A DNA stretch of 64,000 bases from an uncultured virus (IMG/VR IMGVR_UViG_3300026382_000008) (taxonomy: Duplodnaviria; Heunggongvirae; Uroviricota; Caudoviricetes): IMG/VR virus record IMGVR_UViG_3300026382_000008, one strand, 5' to 3'. Positions 48,836 through 59,033 of the stretch are shown here, piece after piece; positions within the stretch are counted from its first letter, which is position 1; every line of letters begins with the position of its first letter. A program made the position numbers and the translations under genes. Under the pieces are notes generated by a model. That model was not told the origin of the DNA. It did not search any database and worked only from the letters and a program-made list of their open reading frames with translations.

Positions 48836-49546
48836 TTAACGTTCCTCGTTAAGGGAGATTGTAGATAAATAAATCATTTTATCAGCTAGTGAAACATCAG
48901 GTTTTTCTTTATCGAATTGATTAAAATTCAAGGATGACAAAACATTATCAATTGTAGACTTATCTGCAGCACCTCTTATTTTATTCTCTAGATTCAATTC
49001 ATATTCAGTAACTTTTGTAATCCATTGGAAAACACTATCTGATTCTTGTATGTATTGTGCTAATGTGCTAACTTGTTCTTGAGTTAAAGATTTGTTTGAA
49101 ATCATTGATACAAGAAGTCTTACAATTAAAGATGAGAATCCTATCAAATGTAGTACATCAAATCTAGATAGTATGTAGGATTGATATTGCTGTAATAAAG
49201 TTTTCAATGCATAATTTTTATACAATTCTAAGCTAAAGATCCAATCTTGTTTTGTTTCATCCCATACACAAAAGTCACATGGCTGTTTTTGTGTATAGAG
49301 AGTTGTATCAATTTCTACACCAATTTCTGTTATAACAAGTTTCTCTTTTGTTTTCTTGTTATACCATACACCTCTGTAATCTGGAACAATCTTCCAATCA
49401 TTTAATTTAGGATCAAATAGAGCTATATGATATCGATCTGTTTCTGGAGGTGCTTTAGTAGTTACACCAAAAACATTTGTTTCTGGTAGTTTAGTCGGGC
49501 TTGATCCTAAGTATTCTCCAGAAGGTTTCTTGTATAAGTAATACAT
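48836..49546 (-). CDS. Tail fibre assembly (Tfa-like) protein
   Basis: GEYLG, TTKAPP, WKIVPDYRG, VWDETKQDW. Confidence 0.65.
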   Translation of the reverse strand: MYYLYKKPSGEYLGSSPTKLPETNVFGVTTKAPPETDRYHIALFDPKLNDWKIVPDYRGVWYNKKTKEKLVITEIGVEIDTTLYTQKQPCDFCVWDETKQDWIFSLELYKNYALKTLLQQYQSYILSRFDVLHLIGFSSLIVRLLVSMISNKSLTQEQVSTLAQYIQESDSVFQWITKVTEYELNLENKIRGAADKSTIDNVLSSLNFNQFDKEKPDVSLADKMIYLSTISLNEER

Positions 49547-49551
49547 AACAC

Positions 49552-49863
49552 TTAAACCTCAAATCGAAGATATTTAGAGTATACAACACAATTAAGCACC
49601 TTATTCATAACATAAGCAAAACATTCCATCAAACATTTGTCTTTAAAATGTATCTTAAGTGTAGTTTCATTTTCTTGTGAAACATCAGCTAATGATTTAG
49701 CATATGATAGCTTTGGTTCATATAGATCTGTATAAAGATTTTCAAAATGAATCTTATATGTTGTATCATCAATCTTTTCTACACTTAGAGAAAATGTTTT
49801 ACTAATATCATAATTGAATCTCATAATACTGAAACCTCTATATTCCCTCTCTATAGTAAGCAT
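49552..49863 (-). CDS. Hypothetical protein
   Basis: Coupled ORF. Confidence 0.6.
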   Translation of the reverse strand: MLTIEREYRGFSIMRFNYDISKTFSLSVEKIDDTTYKIHFENLYTDLYEPKLSYAKSLADVSQENETTLKIHFKDKCLMECFAYVMNKVLNCVVYSKYLRFEV

Positions 49864-50242
49864 CTAAAAATGTATCCAGAATCTCTATCACACATTCTTC
49901 CTTATCACAATGAAAATTTGCGAGATGTTTAATCCAACTATGATCCATACACTTGAAAGCTATTATCATCTTATGTGGTGATTTTGCTTTGAAATAACCC
50001 AATTCAGCACAAGCTCCAACTGATGGATAAGGAATATGAATAAGTAGTATGTCAGCACAATCTAACAAATTCAAGTCTGCAAAAACATAAGATTCACATG
50101 TGGAATCAACAAGTCTTGGAATAAAGAATTTGAAATGATCTGCTAAGAATGGTCTATTATAACGAATATTTGTAACTAATTGTTTTACAATTTCTACTTC
50201 ATTCATAGGACAAGCACAATAGACATTAAACTGTTTTTTCAT
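49838..50242 (-). CDS. Nucleoside 2-deoxyribosyltransferase / nucleotide N-hydrolase-like protein
   Basis: VYCACPM, DLNLLDCADIL, SVGACAELGY. Confidence 0.8.
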   Translation of the reverse strand: MKKQFNVYCACPMNEVEIVKQLVTNIRYNRPFLADHFKFFIPRLVDSTCESYVFADLNLLDCADILLIHIPYPSVGACAELGYFKAKSPHKMIIAFKCMDHSWIKHLANFHCDKEECVIEILDTFLDAYYREGI

Positions 50243-50245
50243 CTC

Positions 50246-50890
50246 TTACCTCTCTAAAAATTCAGTCCAATAATGAGGATATTTGCAAAGAGATGCAGTA
50301 AGATTTAGAGCATGAATATCTGAAAGATTATATTGTGGATAACGAGTTGTATGGAGTATGTTTAATGGAAGCTTAGTAGAGCTGCATAGAAAGTCAAAAG
50401 ACTTATAAAGATTCTTATGATATGTTTCTAAACATTTATCATCATAATCATGTGATGAAAAAAGGATCTCTTTGTAAACATCATATCTTGATTTGTTAAG
50501 ATTCATTGGAAGGACAAGAGATAAGTCAATTCCATCAACAATATCATAAATCTTCATAAGATTATCTGGTAATGCACCGTTAGTTTCAATGCGTATATTA
50601 AATCCATAAGACTTAATTAACTTTATCAGATCTTTGAGTTGGTCAACAAAAATAAGTGGTTCACCACCTGATATAGTTACTAAATCTACATTTAAAGCTT
50701 TATATCTTTTAAGTAGATTCTTTAATTCTTCCAAAGTTAAGTAATCATTAAATTGATCAAGATGGGATCTGACATAACATTTATAACAATTTAAATTACA
50801 CGCGTTCCAAGGTGTATACAAATAAAGAGATTGTTTTCCATCATGTGTGAGTCTCAAATCTTGATTATGAAACGTCCTTAAAATTGTCAT
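50246..50890 (-). CDS. Radical SAM activase (NrdG/PflA-like)
   Basis: CNLNCYKC, VTISGGEP, IETNG. Confidence 0.8.
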   Translation of the reverse strand: MTILRTFHNQDLRLTHDGKQSLYLYTPWNACNLNCYKCYVRSHLDQFNDYLTLEELKNLLKRYKALNVDLVTISGGEPLIFVDQLKDLIKLIKSYGFNIRIETNGALPDNLMKIYDIVDGIDLSLVLPMNLNKSRYDVYKEILFSSHDYDDKCLETYHKNLYKSFDFLCSSTKLPLNILHTTRYPQYNLSDIHALNLTASLCKYPHYWTEFLER

Positions 50891-50915
50891 ATGTCTTTCC
50901 TCACTTCACTCAATA

Positions 50916-51605
50916 TCAGTTCGTGAGCAATTCTATACCAATGTTATTTTCTTTGAGGTACTTTAATGATGATTCACCATAATTCTTGTCAACATAGTCT
51001 TGAAGACAGTAAATCACTCGTATACCAGATGCAACAATCAATCGTGCACAATCTAAACAAGGAGCCATTGTTATAAACATTATAGCATCATCAATTCTTG
51101 TTCCATACTTTGCAACCTGAGCTATAGCATTTTGTTCAGCATGAATTTCATATTTATAATGTATGAAATTGAATTGTCTTATAAATGATTGTTTATCAAA
51201 ATAGCTAAAATCTACATCTGACTTGTATCTCACATATGTTAGAAGTCTATTGAGTAATTTTGAAGTCTTGTAGATTGAATACTTATCAACAAGATTTTGT
51301 AAACATAAAGGTAAAAAGTTTTCAGAAACAACGATTTTACTATATTGTATTAGCTGATCAAACATTTTGTGAATGATTTCTTCTACATCACTAATAGACA
51401 TTGGTTGTTGATCATATATGTATGATAGTATACTAGCCAATTCATTGCATTCAAAATAACCTGAAGGAACACCATTATATCCAGTAGCCAAGATTCTATA
51501 ATCTTGTGATATAATCAGTGCACCTACTTTACGTGAATAACATGTTGATAATTGAGAAACTGACTTAACAAGAGATGTGAAGTAATCTACAAACTTTTGC
51601 TTCAT
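50916..51605 (-). CDS. dCMP deaminase with long internal insertion
   Basis: STC..RKVGA, TGYNG, HAEQNAI, APCLDC; ATG 51605 follows GGAG. Confidence 0.88.
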   Translation of the reverse strand: MKQKFVDYFTSLVKSVSQLSTCYSRKVGALIISQDYRILATGYNGVPSGYFECNELASILSYIYDQQPMSISDVEEIIHKMFDQLIQYSKIVVSENFLPLCLQNLVDKYSIYKTSKLLNRLLTYVRYKSDVDFSYFDKQSFIRQFNFIHYKYEIHAEQNAIAQVAKYGTRIDDAIMFITMAPCLDCARLIVASGIRVIYCLQDYVDKNYGESSLKYLKENNIGIELLTN

Positions 51606-51628
51606 ACCGACTCCCGAAAACAAATAGT

Positions 51629-51663
51629 TTTAAGGAGAGTGGTTAATAACCACCCTCCTTAAA
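51629..51663 (-). terminator. Hairpin/terminator after nrdB
   Basis: 17-nt arms with one mismatch that reads as G-U on the - strand. Confidence 0.6.
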
Positions 51664-52750
51664 GATGAAAGATTTCATCCCATTTAGCAGAAACATGTTG
51701 ATAATCAGTATTTCCTGTTTCCATGAATGATGCTTTCTTAGTTTCGGAACCCATAGACATTAATTCTACATGCTCTAATGGGTTTCGTGTTTCGTTAAAT
51801 AATGGTTTGAGCCCTAATAATTTTAATCGTTTATCTGTCAGATATTTGATATATGTTTCAATTACATTTGATGTTAGACCTGGTATGTTATCACCATAAG
51901 CTTCACTATAAAATGTTATATCAGCTTTAGCAGATTTCTCAGCTATTTCATAAATGATATCTTCATGATAGAATTCTGGATATTCTGTTTTAAATGTACT
52001 TATGATGTTTGCAAATAACGGAACATGAAGTTCTTCATCTCTTCTAATTAAAACAATATTCTTATTGCTTCCTGATAGTATGTGATGTTCAACTTCCATA
52101 AAATGAAAAAGATTGAATCCTGTGTAGAAAACAACACCTTCTATAAAGTAATCTTGTACTATAGCTCTAAATACTTGTTGTTTAAATTTCTTTTCATCTG
52201 CATGTAGTAAACCATTCCATACAAGATCTCTAAGGGATTGAAACTCTCTTGATATTAAGTAATTTCTTTCAGCTAAAGGTGAAAAATCTTTGAAACGATA
52301 GTAGATTTCATTGATTCTTTCATTATCTTCACCACATAAAGTTTTTAAGATTGTCTGATAGGATTCTGTATGAATCCCAGCTTCTACCATTTCATGAATA
52401 GCTAAAGCTCTTTTGATCTCATAATCATTTGTTACAAGTTTTATAAGAATCAGATTTTCAGCAACACATGATTCAATGTATTGTAAAAACGATAATGTTG
52501 TTTCGATACTAAATTGAATTCTGGGATCTAATGAACGAAATTGAGATGCATCTTGTGACATATCAATTTCATCTGGTCTCCAAAGAAATGCCCATTGATT
52601 CTCAAAGAATCTATCTGCAAAACCTCTTTTAGACTTGTTAAGGTTCCATGTTCCTGTGCTATTCTGGATTGCTTGATCAGAATAAAACAATTCTCTTAAA
52701 GAAATGTCATCATTACCATCTCTATTGAAAAATTGTGGTATCTGTGTCAT
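51659..52750 (-). CDS. nrdB: Class I ribonucleotide reductase beta subunit
   Basis: WRPDEIDMSQD, IHTESY, IEGVVFYTGF, IRRDEELH, FME..NTDY. Confidence 0.92.
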   Translation of the reverse strand: MTQIPQFFNRDGNDDISLRELFYSDQAIQNSTGTWNLNKSKRGFADRFFENQWAFLWRPDEIDMSQDASQFRSLDPRIQFSIETTLSFLQYIESCVAENLILIKLVTNDYEIKRALAIHEMVEAGIHTESYQTILKTLCGEDNERINEIYYRFKDFSPLAERNYLISREFQSLRDLVWNGLLHADEKKFKQQVFRAIVQDYFIEGVVFYTGFNLFHFMEVEHHILSGSNKNIVLIRRDEELHVPLFANIISTFKTEYPEFYHEDIIYEIAEKSAKADITFYSEAYGDNIPGLTSNVIETYIKYLTDKRLKLLGLKPLFNETRNPLEHVELMSMGSETKKASFMETGNTDYQHVSAKWDEIFHL

Positions 52751-53155
52751 TTACAACAACACCTCCATGTCGCCATATTGTGAAACAATAAGCTCTTCAA
52801 GTTTCTTAAACAACACATTTGTCTTAGAAAGAAGTTTCTTCTTATCAACACTATGAGTTGCAAAAGGTGTTAGAGCTACAACAAATACAATCTCAACATC
52901 TATATTGTTTATAGACTTACGATTCATGATATCTTCTATATCAGATCTTAATTCTTGGATTACACGATGAAGACCAAAAAGATCATTACTATAAGTTATA
53001 ACTTTTTGTTTTTCATCACCAATGTTAACACCTATTACAGGTTCAAGATTCGCATGTGTTAAAAGTGTTAAGAATATACGATGTAATGATTCTTCAAAGT
53101 ATTTGGTATTTGTTGGACGATTAACTACAGTAAATCTTTCAACACAAAATTTCAT
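52751..53155 (-). CDS. Hypothetical protein
   Basis: SD GGAGG. Confidence 0.65.
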   Translation of the reverse strand: MKFCVERFTVVNRPTNTKYFEESLHRIFLTLLTHANLEPVIGVNIGDEKQKVITYSNDLFGLHRVIQELRSDIEDIMNRKSINNIDVEIVFVVALTPFATHSVDKKKLLSKTNVLFKKLEELIVSQYGDMEVLL

Positions 53156-53430
53156 AATCCCTCCTTATCATGATTTCTGCATTTCAAAACAGGTTTATCA
53201 AACTTTTCTTGTATCAATGTTTCAGTCAAAGACATAATAACACTTCCAATTATGATGCTAATTATTAATGGTAACCAGAAAACCCAGACAATCAAGCCTA
53301 TTATAATTGTTAAAAAGATGTCTGTATATGTAACCTTTCCAAAGGTTTGACAAAGATCTCTAAGAATAAAAATTGTTAAGAAAAGGGTGCAAACAGCACC
53401 CACACTCAAATAAAAAGTTATCATAATCAA
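53152..53430 (-). CDS. Small membrane protein
   Basis: Two hydrophobic helices. Confidence 0.65.
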   Translation of the reverse strand: MIMITFYLSVGAVCTLFLTIFILRDLCQTFGKVTYTDIFLTIIIGLIVWVFWLPLIISIIIGSVIMSLTETLIQEKFDKPVLKCRNHDKEGL

Positions 53431-53448
53431 CCTCTTTATTGAGATTTA

Positions 53449-55926
53449 TTAATTTGCACAACCAATACATTCATCCTTTTCTTGATTTCCTTGTACAGTT
53501 ATATTTCTTGCATAATATAAGGTTTTGATGTTTGACTTCCAACACTTCATTAAGAATTTAAAGAAAAAGACTGGTATGTTCTTGATCTTTTTATGATTCA
53601 ACGGATATTCAAATGATATACCACTATCGATATACTTTTGAATGAAAGAGATAACATCAACCAAATCAAAAACATCTTCTTCATCATACGTCACAATAAA
53701 ATCGTACATTAAAGGTCCATATTTGATATATCTAGGAAAGACAAAGTATGTAGCACTTCTTTGAGATTCTGTTTGAAATGGTGCATAAGCAGGCATAATT
53801 GATGCAGTTGTACCAGCATACAACGATGTTGATGTATTAGGTGGACAATTAAACAACATTGTATTTCTTATACCATACTTCTTAAGATCCTCTCTCAATT
53901 CAACTATTTCTTCTTCATCTACATTAAATTCAATTTTTGCAGAAATCTCAAAATCTTCTTCGATAGGAATATGACCAAGTAAAACTAAATCTTTCCACTT
54001 TGTTTCATTATACTTCTTAGCAACTCCTCTTTCTTTTGCTAAATCTATAGAAGCTTTAATACCATAAAATGTAATTGGACCAAAGATTTCTTGTATCAGT
54101 GAAATAAGTTTATCTCTTAACTGATCGCGTAATTCTTCATCATTATTGGATCTCTTAGTAAAACGATATGTATATAATGTATTTCTATCTACAGATAGCT
54201 TAACAAAGAGATCAGCTAAACCTAGAAAACCTATCCCTATAGTCCTGAATAAACGGTTATGATTCTTGATTTCAATAACAGGAGGTTCAGTCATTTCTAT
54301 AATGTTATCCATATACCTAACAACAAGGGACATTAATATCTGAAGTTTTTTATTGTTAAACAGAATACCATCTTCATAAAGCTTTGGAAGATTCAATGAG
54401 AAAAGATTACAGGAATGAGCATAACCTTGTTCATCTTCTCTAATACATTCATGTAATTTCTTATGTTCTGGATTTGTATTTCTGAATGGACTGAAAGACT
54501 CCATACAGAGATTACCACAATGAATCTTTTCTTTAAATGGAGAAAATCTGTTAACTGTGTCTTCAAAGAAAACATAAGGCAGTCCTGTTGCAGTCACATT
54601 TTTACCAATTTCAATGATTAGTGATCTAGCTTTAATCTTCTTGTAGTTTTTAAGTTTTCCTTCTTGTATATAACGTTTAACTTTTTCCCATTGTTGCTCA
54701 AATTCTTCTCCTACTGCATCTATCAAATTGATGGATTTGTCCAGTTTCTGTATTTCATAATGATCTACAAGATACCAATCATCATTATTTTCTACTGCTT
54801 TCATAAAAGTATCATTTAGAATGATTTGTGGAAAAATATCATATAGCTTAAGCCTTTGATCTCCAAGAGGATTCTTACAATTAATGAATTCAATTACATC
54901 TTTATGCCAACATGGCAAAGCAATTGTACATGAACCTTTCCTTACACCTGATTGATTCACAGCTACTACTATATCGTTAAATATCTTACCCCACATATTA
55001 AAATGATTAGCTAAACCAGGATTTCCCATTAGATAAGAACCAGATGGTCTTAATCTTCCTCCATAAACACCTATACCACCAGCTCTTTTGGAAATGAAAG
55101 CAACTTGTGATGCCGTATACATAATTGATTCAAGATTGTCATGCATATCAAAGATATTACATGATGACAAGTTACCATTCTTTCTTCTCAAATTGAGAAG
55201 TTGAGGTGTTGCTGGAATGAAGTGATATTTTACTAAATGCCAGTAGAATTGTTTTACATTTTTGATAAACAACTCTTTATCTTGTTTGTAATCTGGATAG
55301 AATCCCATTATGCTTATAAGCAGTAATGCTTCATCAAAGTTTTCAATTGGAAAACCTTCATATCTTATGAGATATGATTTGTAGAATTTCAAAGTTTGAT
55401 AAAAGAAGTTGTTCCACATGAAATGACCACAACCAAGTGTACCATCATCAAACTTAATATTAACTCTCTTCGCATATGTATAAAGATGTCTTAAGGTTTC
55501 TTTTGATACTTTTAGAATTCTTTCATCATAAACACCTAATTCTACATACTTTTCAAGATGCTCAATCCACTTATCACTATTCTTGAAAAAACCAAACTCA
55601 TCAGTCATAGTATTGTATTCTTCTTCTCTTTTATGCTTAAACTCTTTCCAGAAGTCCATAAGAAAGAGTCTATTAGCAAATATAGAATAATCGGGATTTA
55701 CTTGTCCATCTTTAACAGTTAATTTGTTAGCTGTTGAAATGAGTTTCTGCTGTAATTCTTTTGTTGTTATACCCACTTTGAATACAAATTGGAATTCTTG
55801 GTAGAATTCATCAAGATTAACATCTTGTAATCCTTTAGATGCAAAGTTGACAACTTTCATTACTTTGTTAAAGTTAAACGTTTCTTTTCTACCATCTCTT
55901 TTGATAACATATATTTCGTGACCCAT
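53449..55926 (-). CDS. nrdA: Class I ribonucleotide reductase alpha subunit with ATP cone
   Basis: VIKRDG ATP cone, ATP.LLN, LSSC, GNLCME, CNL, TLYY, C-terminal CIGC; start moved to ATG 55926 after GGAGGT. Confidence 0.95.
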   Translation of the reverse strand: MGHEIYVIKRDGRKETFNFNKVMKVVNFASKGLQDVNLDEFYQEFQFVFKVGITTKELQQKLISTANKLTVKDGQVNPDYSIFANRLFLMDFWKEFKHKREEEYNTMTDEFGFFKNSDKWIEHLEKYVELGVYDERILKVSKETLRHLYTYAKRVNIKFDDGTLGCGHFMWNNFFYQTLKFYKSYLIRYEGFPIENFDEALLLISIMGFYPDYKQDKELFIKNVKQFYWHLVKYHFIPATPQLLNLRRKNGNLSSCNIFDMHDNLESIMYTASQVAFISKRAGGIGVYGGRLRPSGSYLMGNPGLANHFNMWGKIFNDIVVAVNQSGVRKGSCTIALPCWHKDVIEFINCKNPLGDQRLKLYDIFPQIILNDTFMKAVENNDDWYLVDHYEIQKLDKSINLIDAVGEEFEQQWEKVKRYIQEGKLKNYKKIKARSLIIEIGKNVTATGLPYVFFEDTVNRFSPFKEKIHCGNLCMESFSPFRNTNPEHKKLHECIREDEQGYAHSCNLFSLNLPKLYEDGILFNNKKLQILMSLVVRYMDNIIEMTEPPVIEIKNHNRLFRTIGIGFLGLADLFVKLSVDRNTLYTYRFTKRSNNDEELRDQLRDKLISLIQEIFGPITFYGIKASIDLAKERGVAKKYNETKWKDLVLLGHIPIEEDFEISAKIEFNVDEEEIVELREDLKKYGIRNTMLFNCPPNTSTSLYAGTTASIMPAYAPFQTESQRSATYFVFPRYIKYGPLMYDFIVTYDEEDVFDLVDVISFIQKYIDSGISFEYPLNHKKIKNIPVFFFKFLMKCWKSNIKTLYYARNITVQGNQEKDECIGCAN

Positions 55927-55947
55927 TGAATACCTCCTAAGTAGGTC

Positions 55948-55977
55948 TAAATGAGGGAGCACAAACTCCCTCATTTA
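55948..55977. promoter_or_regulatory. Hairpin between nrdD and nrdA
   Basis: 12-bp stem TAAATGAGGGAG/CTCCCTCATTTA overlapping the nrdD stop codon. Confidence 0.5.
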
Positions 55978-57710
55978 AGACAATCATACTGTCTAATCTT
56001 GAATTCATTCTGTTTCTTTTGATTCCAGTTTGATACAGGTACGAACCAACCTGTAACTCTTGTTATATAATCTATGGATTTTGATGAACAATGTGGACAT
56101 ACATTTTGCTTACCAAATGTTGCTTTATGACATTCTTCACAATAAGTAAAGATAGGATTGAATGTATAGTAATAAACTTTCATTTTACCTGCAATTTTAA
56201 TTAGCTTCTTTATAGTTTCTTTCTTTGGTTGTTGACCTATCGGTAGAAACGTAACAGTTCCACCATTACAATAAGCATCAATTTCACTTGCAAACTTCAA
56301 ACGTGTATAAACATCTGCATTAGACCATAATGGTATATACTGTGTTGATAAAGGAAGATCAGATTCAGAAAGCACAGCACCAGCATTTTCAGCAGGGACT
56401 AATTCAACTCCGTAAGGTAGTAACTCATCTTGAGACCATCTATCAGTTTTTTGTCTTATAAACTTAGCTATTTCTTTTTCAGCATTCTTGATAGATTCTA
56501 AATCATCTCCATCTGCTATTTCAAGAGCAGCTTCATATAAACCTATTAGACCCACTGTTGAGTAAAACATGGTATCTAAATCAAACCATCCACCTTTTTC
56601 AACAGTATTGTATTTTTTACATCTGAAATAAGGTAGTGCACCAGCTTCTATTTCATCTCTCATTATTTCTCTATGCCCTTTAAGAAGTGGATGAACAATA
56701 TCTTCAACTATATGATCGAGTAATTCAAATCCACCATCTCTCATAATCTTTGGAAGATTTAAGCTAATAACCCTGTGAGAACCAATCTGAGCATTAGCTG
56801 TACCAAGTGATCCTATCTTATGTTTAGATAACTCCTGTAAGAATGATAGATCATTTCTCAATCTACAACATGTAGAAATAGCTTTAACATCGCCATAGTT
56901 GTGATATATGTACCATAAATGTGGATAGGATGCAGCTAAATCTAAATATTCTTCATCTAACAAGTTACCTTCTTCATCAAAAGATAATTGTATTGTCACA
57001 ACCGGGAATGTATATGGATAACCTCGTGTTTCATACGTCTCCACAAATTCATCTATAAAAATTCTTTGAATTCTATCAACTTCTGGAATTTGATCATCAG
57101 AAACATTAAATAAACGCCTCAAACCAGGTTTATCAAATATATTGATGTTAACAAATGGTGATCCATCTACTTCTCGTATGTCATCATTAATAATATGAAT
57201 AAACATTTGCATAAGTTGTCTTACTTGTTTGTAAGATAGATCTTTGGTAAAGTATGATAACTGAATAAGAAAATCAATAGGTGTAACTGCTCCAGCAAAT
57301 ATTTGTGACAATGAATGAATTAACATAGCTACATGATCTACAAATACATGAGGATGTTTAGCGGGTGTTTTTGGTTCTGGTGATATCGGAAGTCCAAACA
57401 ATCTTACATTTTCAGTTTGAAATGCAAAACAATAAGGTTTGAATATTTTTCCACTTCCTGCATCATGAATATAAATGTATTTGTTCAAGACATACTTTTC
57501 GTAAATCTCATCAATATCGTCAAACCCAGATTTATCAATTAAGAATCGTATACCAAATTCTTTCAGTTCATCACCAAAGACAAAATTCTTAAGAAGAGTT
57601 GGTCTCATAATTCTATTGTTTGCATTTGCATCATTCTTATCATTTCTAAAACCACCTTCTAGATATTCGTAAAACTTACGCTTCCATTTGTGATACAAGT
57701 TTTGCATCAA
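55971..57710 (-). CDS. nrdD: Class III anaerobic ribonucleotide reductase
   Basis: YIHD, PYC, TCCRLRND, VPAE, CEEC...CPHC, glycyl-radical loop RVTGW. Confidence 0.92.
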   Translation of the reverse strand: MMQNLYHKWKRKFYEYLEGGFRNDKNDANANNRIMRPTLLKNFVFGDELKEFGIRFLIDKSGFDDIDEIYEKYVLNKYIYIHDAGSGKIFKPYCFAFQTENVRLFGLPISPEPKTPAKHPHVFVDHVAMLIHSLSQIFAGAVTPIDFLIQLSYFTKDLSYKQVRQLMQMFIHIINDDIREVDGSPFVNINIFDKPGLRRLFNVSDDQIPEVDRIQRIFIDEFVETYETRGYPYTFPVVTIQLSFDEEGNLLDEEYLDLAASYPHLWYIYHNYGDVKAISTCCRLRNDLSFLQELSKHKIGSLGTANAQIGSHRVISLNLPKIMRDGGFELLDHIVEDIVHPLLKGHREIMRDEIEAGALPYFRCKKYNTVEKGGWFDLDTMFYSTVGLIGLYEAALEIADGDDLESIKNAEKEIAKFIRQKTDRWSQDELLPYGVELVPAENAGAVLSESDLPLSTQYIPLWSNADVYTRLKFASEIDAYCNGGTVTFLPIGQQPKKETIKKLIKIAGKMKVYYYTFNPIFTYCEECHKATFGKQNVCPHCSSKSIDYITRVTGWFVPVSNWNQKKQNEFKIRQYDCLK

Positions 57711-58212
57711 TCATGCCTCCTTCTGGGGTTATTATTACTTCTTTGTAAGTATCGTTAAGAGGAACATACAAAGTCTTTCTGTTAACCTTATTTTCTTTGA
57801 AAAAGGGTCTTTCACATAGTATGGCATCAAAATATTGTTTGTAATCTGGTTTAAGTTTACTGAAAATACTTTTCAAAGTTTTGAGAGACGCTCCAGTTGA
57901 CCAAACAACTTTAACAAACGGGCATTTTGTTTTTACATCTCTTATAAAATCAAACCAATTCTCAAGTTGAAAATAAAAGTCTCCTCCTTCCCCAACAAGA
58001 GTTATATCATTAGAATATTGTTGTAGTTCCTTTAGCAATCTAATCATATCGTTGGATGTTAACTCATATCCTTGGTTGAAGTCCCACGTATTTTTTGAAT
58101 GACAATATTTACATTTCCATTTACATCCAGCTGCATATAAAACTACTGCTGGGTTGTTAAACACAACATCATCTTGTAAATTAAACACATCAACAGAAAG
58201 AACTCGTATCAT
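57676..58212 (-). CDS. nrdG: Anaerobic RNR activase
   Basis: GCKWKCKYCHS, adjacent to nrdD. Confidence 0.82.
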   Translation of the reverse strand: MIRVLSVDVFNLQDDVVFNNPAVVLYAAGCKWKCKYCHSKNTWDFNQGYELTSNDMIRLLKELQQYSNDITLVGEGGDFYFQLENWFDFIRDVKTKCPFVKVVWSTGASLKTLKSIFSKLKPDYKQYFDAILCERPFFKENKVNRKTLYVPLNDTYKEVIITPEGGMIDAKLVSQMEA

Positions 58213-58335
58213 CTTTCATTTTCCTCTTGATTTTAAACTTAGATACATTAAATTACGAAACATTTCAAAAAGGTTTTAAAGTTTCTTTCTGATTATGATT
58301 GTAAGTCAATAATATTTCGTATGAAATGAACGTAA

Positions 58336-58361
58336 GGGTGTGGTCCATTCGAACCACACCC
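58336..58361 (-). terminator. Hairpin/terminator
   Basis: 9-bp stem GGGTGTGGT/ACCACACCC just after the stop codon at 58372. Confidence 0.55.
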
Positions 58362-58371
58362 GATTCATATT

Positions 58372-59019
58372 TTACAACTCATCAGTGGCAGCACCAAAAT
58401 AAACTCCTTTTCGATTATGAATTGCTTCTTCTAATGTACTTATAAACAAGTCATAAACATCATCACAACTTTCTTCACTTACAGTAACATGTCGTTCAGA
58501 ACCAGTCGACTTATCTTTTTCAACCTTTGTATACTGATAAACTCTACAAAACTGTTTCTTAAATGCATCAGATGAAGCTATTCTGTAAAGTTTAACAACT
58601 TCGTCTGATGTAAAGAATCCATCACATTGACATTGTGGATAATAAGCTTTAAGTTTTGCCATTAAAGATGCATATGTTCTTATAAAGTGAATTGGTTCAA
58701 TAACTTTGAATGTTAGTGTACCAAAATCTGCAGAATCTGCATAATGTTTTAGAAGTAGTGTCACCTCTTTTAATCCTTCATAAGTTTTAAATAGACCTCG
58801 TTTTGAAATTTCTGATCTGATCTTTTGAATATCATCATCGGATAAGATTGCAAGAACAGCATAAATTTTATCAGGTTGTTTCATATACCATCTTAAATAG
58901 AGAACACCGGCAACACCTAAAACTGCTAAAACTGCAAGATTGATAAGTCTGTTCTTGTCGATTTCTTCATTCAACAAACTTTCTTCTAACAACTTATTAA
59001 GAGCTTGTTCTTTGATCAT
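58372..59019 (-). CDS. Membrane-anchored hypothetical protein
   Basis: Single N-terminal TM helix, SD GGAG. Confidence 0.7.
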   Translation of the reverse strand: MIKEQALNKLLEESLLNEEIDKNRLINLAVLAVLGVAGVLYLRWYMKQPDKIYAVLAILSDDDIQKIRSEISKRGLFKTYEGLKEVTLLLKHYADSADFGTLTFKVIEPIHFIRTYASLMAKLKAYYPQCQCDGFFTSDEVVKLYRIASSDAFKKQFCRVYQYTKVEKDKSTGSERHVTVSEESCDDVYDLFISTLEEAIHNRKGVYFGAATDEL

Positions 59020-59033
59020 TATAAGTTTCCTCC

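Noticed and set aside
55927..55974. ORF-track start of nrdA at 55974
   Set aside because: It lies within a hairpin; the SD GGAGGT and ATP-cone start support 55926.
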